NCBI GenBank assembly: GCA_965235115.1
Contig: OZ249445.1
Coordinates: forward strand, 8,432,001-8,496,000
From: Laetmonice hystrix
Lineage: Eukaryota
Direction: 5' to 3'
DNA: 64,000 bases
Position numbers and translations under genes: made by a program. Shown here one piece after another: positions 25,060 to 37,020 of the stretch; within the stretch, counting starts at the first letter, position 1, and each line of letters begins with the position of its first letter. The notes under the pieces were generated by a model. The model was given only the letters and a program-made list of their open reading frames with translations, had not been told where the DNA came from and made no database searches.

Positions 25060-25748
25060 ATACTGAAAAAGGGATTTCGGGTATAAATCAAATTAATTTT
25101 AAAGTAAAACTTTGCAATTAAAAATTACTGATCAATTTGCTGGCACTCATGCCTCCTGTGATTTTTCTCCATTCTGCCCTATAGCTGTCTGTCTATCTGT
25201 CCCCGTGTCTCTCTGACCCTCCCTCCCTCCCCTTTTGGCGAACACCTGTACAAACCACGGCGTACAGGTTTGTGGCAAGCGCTTTAGAAATCAAATTTTT
25301 GTTTAACCGGTTCTGTCGTTTGTAAATGTCCAGTCGGAAAATTGCGGTCCGAGTGATTCCGTTTTGTGGTTTCTTTTTTATCACTCAGGCCCCTGTTCGG
25401 GAAGGGGACCTTTGGTGTGTGAACAAAAGAGGCATCCCCATGAGCTATGGGAATTACGGAAATCGATGGGAACCAGTCCTACTGTTATACCAAACGGTCC
25501 GGTGGTTTCTTTCTTCTGAAGCCGTATTGAATGGTCCGGCCACAAAACACATACTGGCACATATTCCAGGTGATTTCACCCACCTTTTCCTGTCAGTCTT
25601 AACCTTGTTTAAAGTGCGAAAAATACATTTCCACGGAAGAATGCATGACCTGGTATGGTAATATATATAGGCCAAACATACTAATATTTACATGTATCTA
25701 TTATCAGGCATTATTATCTATACGCCGCTTCATCCTGTATGCAGACTG

Positions 25749-25850
25749 CTCTTCTCTCTGTCTTTCTCTATCTGTCTGTCTATCTGTCTGTCTGTCTGTA
25801 TCGGTCTCTCTCTCCCTCCTTCCCCCTCTCTCCCTCTCTCCCTCCCGCAG
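25749..25850. repeat. CT/CTGT simple-repeat, pyrimidine-rich tract
   Basis: ctctctgtctttctctatctgtctgtctatctgtctgtctgtctg...ctctccctctctccctccc seen directly. Confidence 0.85.
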
Positions 25851-27429
25851 ACAGCGAGGGTGTAACAATGCTCTAACGAGTACCATAAAGAGAGATTTCT
25901 CATGTCATTATTCCATATTTATGAGACCTCATTTCTCGTCCCATATATTTATCACATCACCTGAATGTACCCATCCGTCTATGCGTTACCTAATACAATG
26001 ATGTCATTGTGTTTTTATAGATGGGTAGTTTTACCCCGTGGAGAAACGTGATCTACATGGACACTGCATGGGAAAAACTAAGGTATCTCTTCCTACATTC
26101 CGATTCGGACGGGGTGCACGAAACCAGCTCGGGGGGTTTCCGACTATTGTGTTTTGATACTATTTTCGGGTCCACTTCGTGCCGATTGTATCTCATGCCG
26201 TGTGTCCTGGGCCTAACCTTAGAACTGGCTATTTAATGCCCCGACCATTAAAGACAGGAGTCGCCAACAACACCGGCCACTACTATTTATAGGCTCATCC
26301 CTACCGAAGGCATGCTCCCGGGCCACTTTTTGTGATGGGGTGTTTCACAAAAGTACACAAAGGTACACAAAGAAAAGGCAATGAAAGAGGTCATCGTTTG
26401 GGCAGACTAATGGTCAATCCGCTAAATTAGGGTTGCTTATAGCAAGTGCTGGCCGCTTCAGGGGTAAACTTATTGTTTTCCTTCACCCGTAACACAAGCT
26501 CGCCACAAGGATGACAAGGACGGGCAGTCTGTACAATTGCTATGGTTTAGTCCAATCTATAAGTACTGAATTCACACAGCGACCACCATGAAAGCCGACC
26601 TCGAATGTACAAACATATGTTGAACAGCCTAGAGAAAGCCGCATGTCCTTTCAGGCATTGTATAATCCGAAACGTTTCAACGATGAATTTAGGACGGCTA
26701 TTGGTTACGCAACATGCCCGCAGGGAGAGACGCTGGGGACTTGGTGTGCAAACCGTTAGTAAAACGACACAAAGCTTTCGTATTGATCTAACTTCACATG
26801 GCGTGATTTCTACCAACAATTCTTTTGATGGGGATTCATTGAAAAGATCAATTATGGCTGAATGATTAACCGTGATAGGGCAGGAAGATCGATTATATTC
26901 CGTATATTCAATGCAATGAAATATTCAACGAATATACAAACTATTTACTATGTATTTACTAACTTTTAGACCATGTCTCAAAATGACAACCGACTTATTA
27001 AAGCTAGAAACCATATAATGGGTTCTCAGTAAAAACGTTCGCCCAAGCGGGTCTTTCTTTCATTGAAAGGCCTCGTTGCAGAAACTTAGAAACGGTATCC
27101 GATTATCCCGCAGGTAAAAGGTGATTCAGACAGGATGCATACCATCAAGGATGCAAATCCAAACAATTGTACAACACCTCATTACAACGCCATCTATGAC
27201 TAACCCAAAATATCTGGCGGGAGGTAAAGCGGCTATCCCCTGCTGGCCACATTCCTAAAATAACTTCGACCACTTAAGTCACCAAGCGGTGATGGTGTAA
27301 AATGACTTCGGCGACATCTGATAGGCGCAGCCCGTCTCAATCGATGGCACCCGACCAAAGTATTGATCACGTAAATATTTCCTCCCATTGCTATAAAAAA
27401 ACGTTTCCAAACAGTATGCCCGGAAAATT

Positions 27430-27837
27430 TGCATTTTGATATGGTAGATTATTTCTTCCGTCATCTCAGAATATCGGCCGTTCCAAAGTGACATGCATGC
27501 ATACTCAAGGTACGCCAGACGCCATTATACCTTTGCGTCTCATTTGATAACTGGAACACCTGCACTGGATGGAAACAAACCCGAGTCAGACGCACGCAGT
27601 TACTCTGCCACTGGAGCAATACTCTTGAACTCTTGCATTTTGATATGGTAGATTATTTCTTCCGTCATCTCAGAATATCGGCCGTTCCAAAGTGACATGC
27701 ATGCATACTCAAGGTACGCCAGACGCCATTATACCTTTGCGTCTCATTTGATAACTGGAACACCTGCACTGGATGGAAACAAACCCGAGTCAGACGCACG
27801 CAGTTACTCTGCCACTGGAGCAATACTCTTGAACTCT
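27430..27837. repeat. Perfect 204-bp tandem duplication
   Basis: 27430-27633 and 27634-27837 read identical base for base by eye. Confidence 0.92.
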
Positions 27838-27920
27838 ATAGTGGGGATTCCAAGCCGTGCAGGTGGATTCCCTTACCAGGAAGTTTTTATGTCCTTATAA
27901 GGAAGTTAGGTCATGAGAAA

Positions 27921-27994
27921 TGACGTCAGTGTTCTCCATGGTTGAGCACACCTGAACGGCGGCTCACTCTGAAAGTGTGAAGGTAGATATATAA
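27921..27994 (+). promoter_or_regulatory. Putative promoter of paralogue 3: CRE + TATA box
   Basis: TGACGTCA 27921-27928, TATATAA 27988-27994, ATG at 28128. Confidence 0.55.
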
Positions 27995-28127
27995 GGAGTA
28001 CCGTGCAAGGTGGCCGCATGTCGGCTCCGGATTTACACTAACCTGCACAGGGACCTGTATCCCTTCCGCCTGACAACTCTAACGGTTCAGACGAAACCTC
28101 TGGAATACGGTCAATACGAATTCAGTG

Positions 28128-31100
28128 ATGGCAATCAGATGGGGGTTAAGTTTGGTGGCCATCGGTTTGCTTCATCTTGTCGGCCTCACGCCGTTTGCCC
28201 ACGGTAAGTGATGCCTGATTTTGTATGTACAAGTACGAACGCGTTTATTGGCTCCATGTCTCCGCCATGACCGCGTCGTCCCCTTCAATGATATAATCCT
28301 ACATGTATTACCCGTCATGGATTATTCGGGAGAGCTTCAAGTGTCATATTTATCAATATATTTATCGACACAGTACCCTGGCCCATGCTCAGGCAGTGCC
28401 TATCCGATATATACATTTTGTACAGGTGTATATAGTTTACCCCCTCCCCCCATGTTGTATCAAACCTGGTGGATACCGTGGGAAGGATGGGGGTCGGCCT
28501 ATAGATATTGCTCGGGAACCCTGATCGTCTCGGCCACTGGGTGCGGGTTGTGAATGGAGAGGTGTTTTGAGTGGTCGGTGGCCCGAGAAACACGGGGATC
28601 CACTCGCCTAGTCCATGTATAGTGCATGTTTGACATGCTATAATGATCACGTCACGGCATGGTCTAACAATGAAGGATGGCCCCGGCCGGGGGGGGGCGG
28701 GGGGAAGGGTACCTGCCACCGCTGCCTGCCGTACGTGTGCGGCAGCGGTGGCAGGTACCCTCCCCCCCCCCCCGCCCCCCGTACGTGTGCGAACCACAGA
28801 GACGTATTTAAAACACTCAGCCTTTATGAGGAACATTGGCATAAAAAAATACACATTAATTACATTAGGAACGTGAGGGTCTACGCTGCACTGCGTGGGC
28901 CATAACATTAAGTGATTGTCGCAGAACGCACACTCAGCAATACAGTAAACAACCTATCGGTTGTGGAAAGAGGACCTTAGATAAAACAGCTCTCTTTATT
29001 AATTCATCGGGACGTATTGAAAATGGACCTATCTAAGTTCTGTTTCATGAGGACACACCTTTTAATCCGACCCTGGAATGTTTACACCTCCCATTGTGGC
29101 GGCAGTTTGCCCAAAGCAAAGCCAGTGAACCATTCATCATCGACTATATTTATGTTTTTAAAATGTCTGTAAAATAGCATGAATTAATTGCCTGTAACAA
29201 ATAACGTCCTGTTTTAACCTTATTGCCAATTACATGCATGAGGGAACAGATTATAGTCAGAGACGAAATGAGAGAAAAGGTTTTGTTTGTTTTATTACTG
29301 TTAATTTAGTCCGGAACTGTATTTAACTCGTCACGCTGGTTATTTTAATTTGTTTCTAAATTTAGTTTTAAACAGATTATTCCTATGACGTGTTGCAAAC
29401 AGAAAACAGCCATATAAAAAGCTGACAATTTCATCTACTAATTTACAGTTTATTGTATTGCAGGCAATGTTGTACGCCTGGGGAACGCGCTTCAAGCGTC
29501 AACATCTGGAGTTGACATTCCTGGCGTCATATTCCTCATGAATGACGTCATCTTACAGGAAGGAATTGTGTTCGCCTTCTCCGCCTTCTTCCGGTCGTCT
29601 AAACCAATCAGGATCCAGATCTGGCGGCCCGTCAACCCCAACATCGAACAGGAACCAGAAGCCTCTAGGCCCTTCCGGTTGTTATTTGAGACCCGCATCA
29701 TTCCGTCAGTCATCAACCGCCGGGAAGATGTAAGTGTCACCACAAACACTATAATACAGCTACCACGAGCAAAGCACATCTTTCAGTTATACTGTACCCT
29801 TGGTGAAAACATTATGAGCGGTTTGAAGCGTGGTGTATAAATTGATTCCAAAACGGTGTCCACTTACTGAGTGTATAGCGTACTAAAATGTTGTCTATAA
29901 AGGTCTGGTGTATCTGAGCTATGTGAGAACCCTTTCAGTAGCGGTAGGCCTACAGGTCTATTGCCCGGGGCAGCTACAAGGCCATAACATCCCATGAAGG
30001 GCACTGGGGTTATTTCCCATGACTAAAATACGCCACCATTTTGGAGGCGCCAAAATAACTTTTATTGAGAGAGGAGCAGTATTGCCTATATTCCAGGACA
30101 CTTTTATAAGTGGTCTTCTCAAAGCAAGACTAAAATATTTAAAGTGCTTCCAGATAATAGTAATTTGACCCAGGAATGTGTCAAGCACATGTTAGTTCAA
30201 GGTTCACTTTGTAAAACGTGCATTTAATCCCCGGAATGGCATGGTTGTTTTGAAGTAGGTTTATGGGGATTGAAGCCGATTTACTGGTGCGTTAAAACCA
30301 CCTGTAATAAGCGTGGGGTCGGCCCGGTTACTCGACCATTACTGTGAGAGCACCCATACTGGCTTGGTAATCACTGTCCCGACTCGCATTAAACCACAGA
30401 GAGACCGGCTTAACATGTTTTACTCCAGTAACCTCAATCAAATACCACTTCAACACCACGCCAGAAATAACTGACAACTGAAAAAGCATGGATGCAAAAC
30501 GGGATTACTCTTAAAACTGACAAATAAAATAACTATAAAACAAGAGCTACCTGAAATAAAAAGGCCTTTCACCTCCGGCACAGCAACAATGTGACACTAG
30601 AGACCCGCAGAATATAATCTGATATTATAGTTTGATTATAAAGGGACTTCATAAAAACCCACTTGAATGCGTATGTAACCTTGGGAATCTAACACTGGCG
30701 ATTCTAACACATCAGTCCTATATCACTATATGGTCTGGTTTCAGATGTACATTGAGAGTAAGCTGGTTCAGAGGTGTGTCCGTGTCAACCAGGGCGACCG
30801 CCTGGGTGTCTACCTGGAGGAGGCTCCAGGTGCTGTCGCCTACTTCTTTGACAGCACCAAACCCGACGCCCTCGGCCACAATGTCGGCAACAACCCTAAA
30901 CTCAAAATCAACGACACAGTCGGCTTCGACATCCTCAAGTTCCCCTACGATTTCTCCCTCTCTGCCTATATCTTCACAAGTAAGTATGCATGTACCCCTT
31001 GCTGAATCCCAACTGGGCATTGTAAATTCAGCTGTTCCTGAAACTTGGTGTAATGAGCTTTTGTCTGAGACCTGTATCGCCTTTATGACAGACATTATAT

Positions 31101-32323
31101 GTGCGGACATATGATAGGCCACTTATGTTATTGCGCTTCTGTATTTTCGGCCTGAGAAGAGCGAGATGTCCTGACTTTTATATTTTCCGTAATTGCCACA
31201 TCGTGCAAGGGATTGCCGTCTGACGTCTCAATATGTAATGCATTAGCAATAATCATCCTACCTTCCTGTGACTTCCAGATCTAACTCATTTTACGCCCAG
31301 TCCATACGGCTGTCCCGTGGACACCCTGATACCAGACCACGCCAACCCAACTCTGCCGCCCACCACGGTACCTACCATCGCCCCAGGAGTCCCAGGTCAA
31401 CCTGGCCCACAGGTTAGTTCAATTACAAACTTCTGCTAAAACAAGGGGCTCATTGTAGTCGATGTAATTATCCAGAGAACCTAGTAACAGAAACCCTCTC
31501 TTAATTCTCTTTAAGAGGTAAAAACTACATAATATATTATTTTGACTCAGTAATCGAAACAATGCTTTATATTGGTGTCTCATACGTACAATAATGTATT
31601 GAAATACAATTTGTATGCCTTTCCCATCTTCCCATCTTCAGGTCCATACTTTTAACATGCACACTAAAATGCCCACAAAGTGTTATCCGGTCAAATTAAA
31701 ACCGACAATATTTCACTTCACAGGGTCCAAGCGGGATTGTGGGTGGCACTGGACAAGTTGGGAGACCTGGACCAGCAGGTAACCCCGGACCGGCAGGCCA
31801 GGCGGGTCAGGTCGGGGGCGGCGGCGCGGACGGTCCTGACGGCCCGACAGGACCGGCCGGACCGGAGGGTCAGATGGGAAACCGAGGGATGGTCGGACCA
31901 AAGGGCTTTGTGGGGGACCGCGGTCTGGCAGGTCCACCTGGACCCCCCGGGTCGGCGGGACTGATAGGCAACAAGACGGTGGACGAAATCCCACAGGCAG
32001 TCTTTGGTCGCACCATCAACCCCACACTCTTAATGATCATCCTCATCTGGCTCATCATCTGTACAGCCATCGTCATCATCATCGTTATCGTCATCCTGTG
32101 TATCCGCAGGAGGGAGAGACAGTATGAACACAAGCGGCTACCTTCAGACCCTGACTTCAAACCGGCCTGGATGGAAACAGTCAGTGACGAGGAGGACTCC
32201 CGCTACATGACCCAGGACACGAGGCGCACCTCGCTCGAGGCGGCCATCATACCCGAAAACATTCCCAGCTATTCATTTGATAACAGTGTTCTCACTATCG
32301 GAGATGAACCACACAAGACTTAA
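28128..32323 (+). CDS. Type I transmembrane protein with N-terminal globular domain and 31 Gly-X-Y collagen triplets (paralogue 3), 436 aa
   Basis: join(28128..28203,29464..29729,30745..30979,31279..31412,31724..32323); GT-AG, phases 1,0,1,0 identical to paralogue 2, 1311 nt. Signal peptide MAIRWGLSLVAIGLLHLVGLTPFAHG; AFFR..PIRIQIWRP, YIESKL..C..V..GDRLG, FPYDFS; TM NPTLLMIILIWLIICTAIVIIIVIVILCI-RRR. Confidence 0.9.
28689..28791. repeat. GC-rich hairpin / inverted repeat in intron 1 of paralogue 3
   Basis: Perfect 21-bp arms AGGGTACCTGCCACCGCTGCC (28706-28726) / GGCAGCGGTGGCAGGTACCCT (28741-28761), 14-nt loop, extended by complementary G and C tracts. Confidence 0.85.
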
Positions 32324-32879
32324 GTTTTACGCATTTCTTATCATCTTGCAGGTTTACACCTGAAGGTATTTTCTCCTAGTTGAGAAAATCCCGTGATTGA
32401 CTGCTATGAAAAAGACATATTTAGGAGTTTGAACACTCCGCCCTACCAGTAACAGTTTACGGCCAAGGTGAGCGGTGCTATAGCCGAGTATAAACAGGGC
32501 ATTAGTGAATTCGTACATGTCTCATAATGCAACAAGTTCCATTTCTTCGGAAACAATGACACTATGATTCGATGAGTGGATAAATTTCTGTAAATAATTG
32601 CCATGGACAAGTTGCATTTTTTCCCTTCAGGTTTTACGGTGTGTCGCAGTAAAACAAGAGTTGATTCTTCGTCTCAATAACGTGGTGTGCACTGTATGCA
32701 AACGGACCTGTATAATTAGGCCTGAACCACAGAATACCGGTGTGACTAAATGAAAGATTACGATAACATAACCGCTGTAATAATAGGGGCTATTCATAGC
32801 AGCTAGGTTTATGCATACTAAACCAGAAGAAAATGAAACGTGAACTTTTTTTCTCTGGGTGAGTTGTGTTCAGCATGCA

Positions 32880-33541
32880 CAGACGAAACCAGGAGGAGAC
32901 AGAGAGAACATGTCTGACATACTTGGAGGTCTGTGTGCGTACAGACGAAATTATGAGGAGGCAGAAGGAAGCTGTCTGACATACTTGGAGGTCTGTGTGC
33001 GTACAGACGAAATCAGGAAAGATTGAACATGTCTGACATACTTGGAAGTCTGTGTGCGTACAGACGAAATCAGGAGGAGGCAGAGAGAACATGTCTGACA
33101 TATACTTGGAGGTCTGTGTGCGTCCAGACGAAATCAGAAGGCAGAGAGAACATGTCTGACCATACTTGGAGGCCCTTGTGCGTACAGACGAAATCAGGAA
33201 AGATTGAACATGTCTGACATACTTGGAAGTCTGTGTGCGTACAGACGAAATCAGAAGGCAGAGAGAACATGTCTGACCATACTTGGGGGTCTGTGTGCGT
33301 ACAGACGAAATCAGGAGGAGGCAGAGAGAACATGTCTGACATATACTTGGAGGTCTGTGTGCGTCCAGACGAAATCAGAAGGCAGAGAGAACATGTCTGA
33401 CCATACTTGGAGGCCTGTGTGCGTACAGACAAAATCAGGAAAGATTGAACATGTCTGACATACTTGGAGGTCTGTGTGCGTACAGACGAAATCAGAAGGC
33501 AGAGAGAACATGTCTGACCATACCTGGAGGCCTGTGTGCGT
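32880..33541. repeat. ~60-bp minisatellite, 11 copies, with 241-bp higher-order structure
   Basis: Units of 57-64 bp (ACAGACGAAATCAG...AACATGTCTGACATACTTGGAGGTCTGTGTGCGT); variant order A-B-C-B repeated from 33060 and 33301. Confidence 0.95.
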
Positions 33542-34206
33542 ACACATGGCTGTCAGTCTGTACATATTAAAACGTATAAACAATAATCACAAAGATTACG
33601 TGTATATAATACAATTATAATTGTATGAAGCGTCTTGTTTTAAACAGATACGGCCTTTTATCGATCTCTATCTCGTGTTGTATATAGTGTAATATATGAT
33701 GTAAATTAAGAGAATAAATTATTTTGAAATTTACATTTTATAGTCTCTATTATGATGGTTGCATTTCTATAACTGATAAGTGGGCATCGTCGATTAAATA
33801 GTATTATTATATTTCAATAGGAATGACCGAGCCCAAGTCAACGATATAGATTTAGTAACACAATTTGCCATGTACAGTACAACGATTTCGGTCGGTGAAC
33901 CACTTGCAAAAATCAGAGCCATCTAGCGTCGAGCATTATCACAATTTTGTTGGTCCATCTTTATATGAATGACTTGACAACAATAATCTCATTTATAATT
34001 TCCATTGATCGGCAATATGATCACTCATAAATTTTACTGTTTTATCTATCGTACTAATAATTTCTCCAATCCCTTTGCTGTGGTGGCAGGCATCGGAGTG
34101 GCCAAGTGCCTTTCCAATTAATGACATTATTTTCCACCAGGTGGCGATGAAATCATCACTGGCAGTAAGCGTAGTCATATATTCACAGTCACTATTTGAA
34201 GGTAAT

Positions 34207-36054
34207 TTAATGCAATAATGTTTGGAATGGGTATTCTCCATAAGACAGCGGCAAGAATACTGTGGCCACGGTAAGTATGCCTGGGCCACCGAAGTCGTCG
34301 TTGATAACCGTGTGTGGGTGTTGTGATCGTTCAGTCATTCGTCTTCCCAATGATCGGACCATCCGTAGCTGGGCTGCCAACCTCCTCTGCATCCACAATA
34401 CGCGGCTCACCAGTGGCTCTAATCCACTCTCTTGTTGCAGTAAAACTTTTTCGCTGGCACGGTTATTGATTAATAATAAGTTTCCGTTTATTGTTGTCTC
34501 AGGTTCAGATTGTAATAAGCAAGTTTCCTCTGATGGTTCGTGATGCTCAGCTATAGATCTATGATGTGCAGCTGTTGAACCTAATTTGGTTGAGGTACCA
34601 TAGACATAGGCGCTGTTTGCAGAGGAACAAACTTCTACTTGTTTCCCACACTGCTGTACTGTTGACCGCGCCCATGCAGTTCGCAGGTACGTGCAGCTGT
34701 TGGCCGTTTGAGGCGACAAGCACGTTTCAGCAGTGATCTTCGTTCTGACCGCTAGGCTCGCGCTAGCTATCCCCTGGCGGTGAGTTTTAACATCAATATT
34801 GGCCTGGCTGACATGGCGGCGGCTGATCAAGGGTGTGGCGCTCAGTCCCTGAGTTCTGGTCACATTGCTTATTACTTCCACAATGGGAGATTTCGATGTG
34901 AGCGTCTTCCCTTTCGGATTCTGTTTTATGACACGACCACTGCCTCTAGATGATAACTGAGGCCTACTTCTTGCTGTGGGTTCTGTCTTTTCCTTGAGGT
35001 GATGCGTTTTTCCCCTTGTTTTCCCGCCCATGGAATTATCTTCTTTATAAGAGACTGGAATTTTCGCTGGCTTTCCTTTGTCACATTCTTTGATGTTGGT
35101 AGCAGTAGCGTTAGGCAAACCCTGGGGACATACCTTTTCTAAAACTCTAGATGTCTTCTTTTTGAATGTCACAGTCTTTACCACAGTCGTAGAGTTTAAT
35201 ACAATTTGTTGTCGCCTGGCATTCTTTGTAGTGCCCAAACTCTGAATCGATGGTAATTTGGCGCCTTGTTTTGCTGGTACTACGGATACAGACTTTATCT
35301 CTACACCTGTTTGTTCGATGGCCTTACTGCCGCCATGTAGGCCTTTATTTGGGGGAACAATAGTTTTCTCCCTATTTTCCCGTATAGGCTTCTGTTGTAA
35401 GTGATCTTTGGAAGGCTTCTGTTGTAAGTGATCTTTAGAAGGCTGGTAAGAGTTTGGAGCTCGGATAGTGATACATTTCGTGTCACTTATAGTACCAACC
35501 ATTGTTTTGCCCTGGTTTTTAACTAAGCGGGTGATGGGTCTTGGAATAAGGCTCTTCTTGAACACCTCCGTCACATTTCCACCGTCCTTGCAATCGCTTG
35601 TATTGCCTTTCATATTTGCACCGGTCGAGGAGTTACCAGAGTTTAGGCCAACATTTTCTACCCTTATGTCATTGTTTTTACCAACTCTTGATTTCATCCG
35701 ATGGACTACAGCTTTTTTTATTAATTCGAGTGCCGAGGGTTCGACAGGTGGCTGTTTTTTCTTTTCTCTTGAATCTTCAGCTGCTGAAGTTTGAAAATCC
35801 TTTGGAGGCTCTACTTGTGTCGATCCTGGTGTATTCTTTGTGGGGTCTCTCCGAGTTTTGGACGCAATGGAAGTGGCATGGCCTGAAATCCATGCTTTAT
35901 TTCTTTGTTTTTCTCCATCACTTGTATGCCCCGCCCTACTGGAGTTTAAAATGCTGACTTTGATGCTACTTCTCTTTTTATCTCTGATTCCTTTCACTTG
36001 CCTCAAGAAGGTGGTCACTGTTGTGGACTTGGACTCGGGCGTTGAGTGGCGCAT
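34207..36054 (-). CDS. Intronless orphan ORF, 615 aa, Lys/Arg/Ser/Thr-rich, probably disordered; no recognisable domain
   Basis: 1848-nt open frame; ATG has A at -3 and an in-frame stop 33 nt upstream; frame-preserving 27-bp internal duplication (PSKDHLQQK x2, 35387-35444); TATA box and CRE cluster upstream. Confidence 0.7.
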   Translation of the reverse strand: MRHSTPESKSTTVTTFLRQVKGIRDKKRSSIKVSILNSSRAGHTSDGEKQRNKAWISGHATSIASKTRRDPTKNTPGSTQVEPPKDFQTSAAEDSREKKKQPPVEPSALELIKKAVVHRMKSRVGKNNDIRVENVGLNSGNSSTGANMKGNTSDCKDGGNVTEVFKKSLIPRPITRLVKNQGKTMVGTISDTKCITIRAPNSYQPSKDHLQQKPSKDHLQQKPIRENREKTIVPPNKGLHGGSKAIEQTGVEIKSVSVVPAKQGAKLPSIQSLGTTKNARRQQIVLNSTTVVKTVTFKKKTSRVLEKVCPQGLPNATATNIKECDKGKPAKIPVSYKEDNSMGGKTRGKTHHLKEKTEPTARSRPQLSSRGSGRVIKQNPKGKTLTSKSPIVEVISNVTRTQGLSATPLISRRHVSQANIDVKTHRQGIASASLAVRTKITAETCLSPQTANSCTYLRTAWARSTVQQCGKQVEVCSSANSAYVYGTSTKLGSTAAHHRSIAEHHEPSEETCLLQSEPETTINGNLLLINNRASEKVLLQQESGLEPLVSRVLWMQRRLAAQLRMVRSLGRRMTERSQHPHTVINDDFGGPGILTVATVFLPLSYGEYPFQTLLH

Positions 36055-36160
36055 CCTTCTGTGGAGTGTGACAGAGGTAGGCCGCTATCCTAGGTGTGTT
36101 ATCTTGAGATATTCAGCAGACAGAAAGTCATTATCTTTGGCCATGAATCATCGCTGCAGT

Positions 36161-36737
36161 TATTTATAGTGCGACCAGAAACATTGCTTGTACTACCGGC
36201 AAGGCTGCCTATGGTTAACAACGTGATCAATGACAATCACAACCCCATAGCAACAAGGCAGACAGGGATAACTGAATGTGACGTCATAAGTTCAGACGAC
36301 ACAAAGACTATGCGCATAAAGACTGTGACGTCACAATCTCTATTGCACAGACAGTAAAGATTCTTTATTGTGACGTTTCCCTTATTGTTAATTATTTGTT
36401 GTGACGTCACCGAGCATGGAAACGGCTTAGGGTATCATGAACCATATCACCAGCAGGATACAGCAACACTGAAAGTTAGACATGTAGACCAAAACGTAAC
36501 CAATGCCAATCACAACCCCATAGCAACAAGGCAGACAGGGATGACCGAATGTGACGTCATAAGTTCAGACGACACAAAGACACCGCACTGTACTGTGACG
36601 ATGGGCATAAAGACTGTGACGTCACAATCTCTATTGCATAGACAGTAAAGTTTCTTTATTGTGACGTTTCCCTTATTGTTAATTATTTGACTTTAAACCA
36701 ATCATAAAGGAGAAATCGAATTATTATTGTGACGTCA
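36161..36737 (-). promoter_or_regulatory. TATA box plus homotypic cluster of six perfect CRE palindromes upstream of the 615-aa ORF
   Basis: TATAAATA on minus strand at 36161-36168; TGACGTCA at 36279, 36326, 36402, 36552, 36617 and 36730, plus TGACG half-sites. Confidence 0.65.
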
Positions 36738-36851
36738 ATAAGCATGGAAACGGCGTAGGGTATCATGAACAGGGTGGAGGGAACCCTGGGAGAGATTGAT
36801 GAACCATATCACCACCACACAACTGAAAGTTAGACATGTAGACCAAAACGT
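36235..36851. repeat. Diverged tandem duplication (~273-bp offset, with insertions in copy 2)
   Basis: aatcacaaccccatagcaacaaggcagacaggg...gttagacatgtagaccaaaacgt occurs at 36235-36497 and 36508-36851. Confidence 0.88.
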
Positions 36852-36974
36852 CTCCACAGGGTGTTTCTTTCAGCTTTTAATGTAGTTCACCCTCATGTGG
36901 TATGAACGAAATAACGTTAAACGTGAGTAAATAGCCTTGACACGGCTATTTACTTACATTTGAATTGATATTTG

Positions 36975-37020
36975 GTGCCTTTCCCCGGGTCTTCAGGTTT
37001 CCTCCACCACTCAAACTGAC
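36975..37020 (+). mobile_element. Degenerate fragment of the SINE core seen at 11173-11437
   Basis: cctttccccgggtcttcaggtttcctccaccactcaaactgac resembles ggtttcctccgggtactccggtttcctccaccaagaaaaactgac. Confidence 0.5.

Noticed and set aside
28315-28908. 197-aa minus-strand ORF
   Set aside because: Kept open by the GC-rich hairpin and G/C tracts within an intron of paralogue 3.
32790-33583. Several repetitive ORFs on both strands
   Set aside because: By-products of the ~60-bp minisatellite; unit lengths of 57-64 bp shift frame.
34262-34543. Plus-strand consensus donor ACG|GTAAGT at ~34271 and antisense ORFs within the 615-aa ORF
   Set aside because: No matching acceptor or coherent exon found; treated as coincidental.
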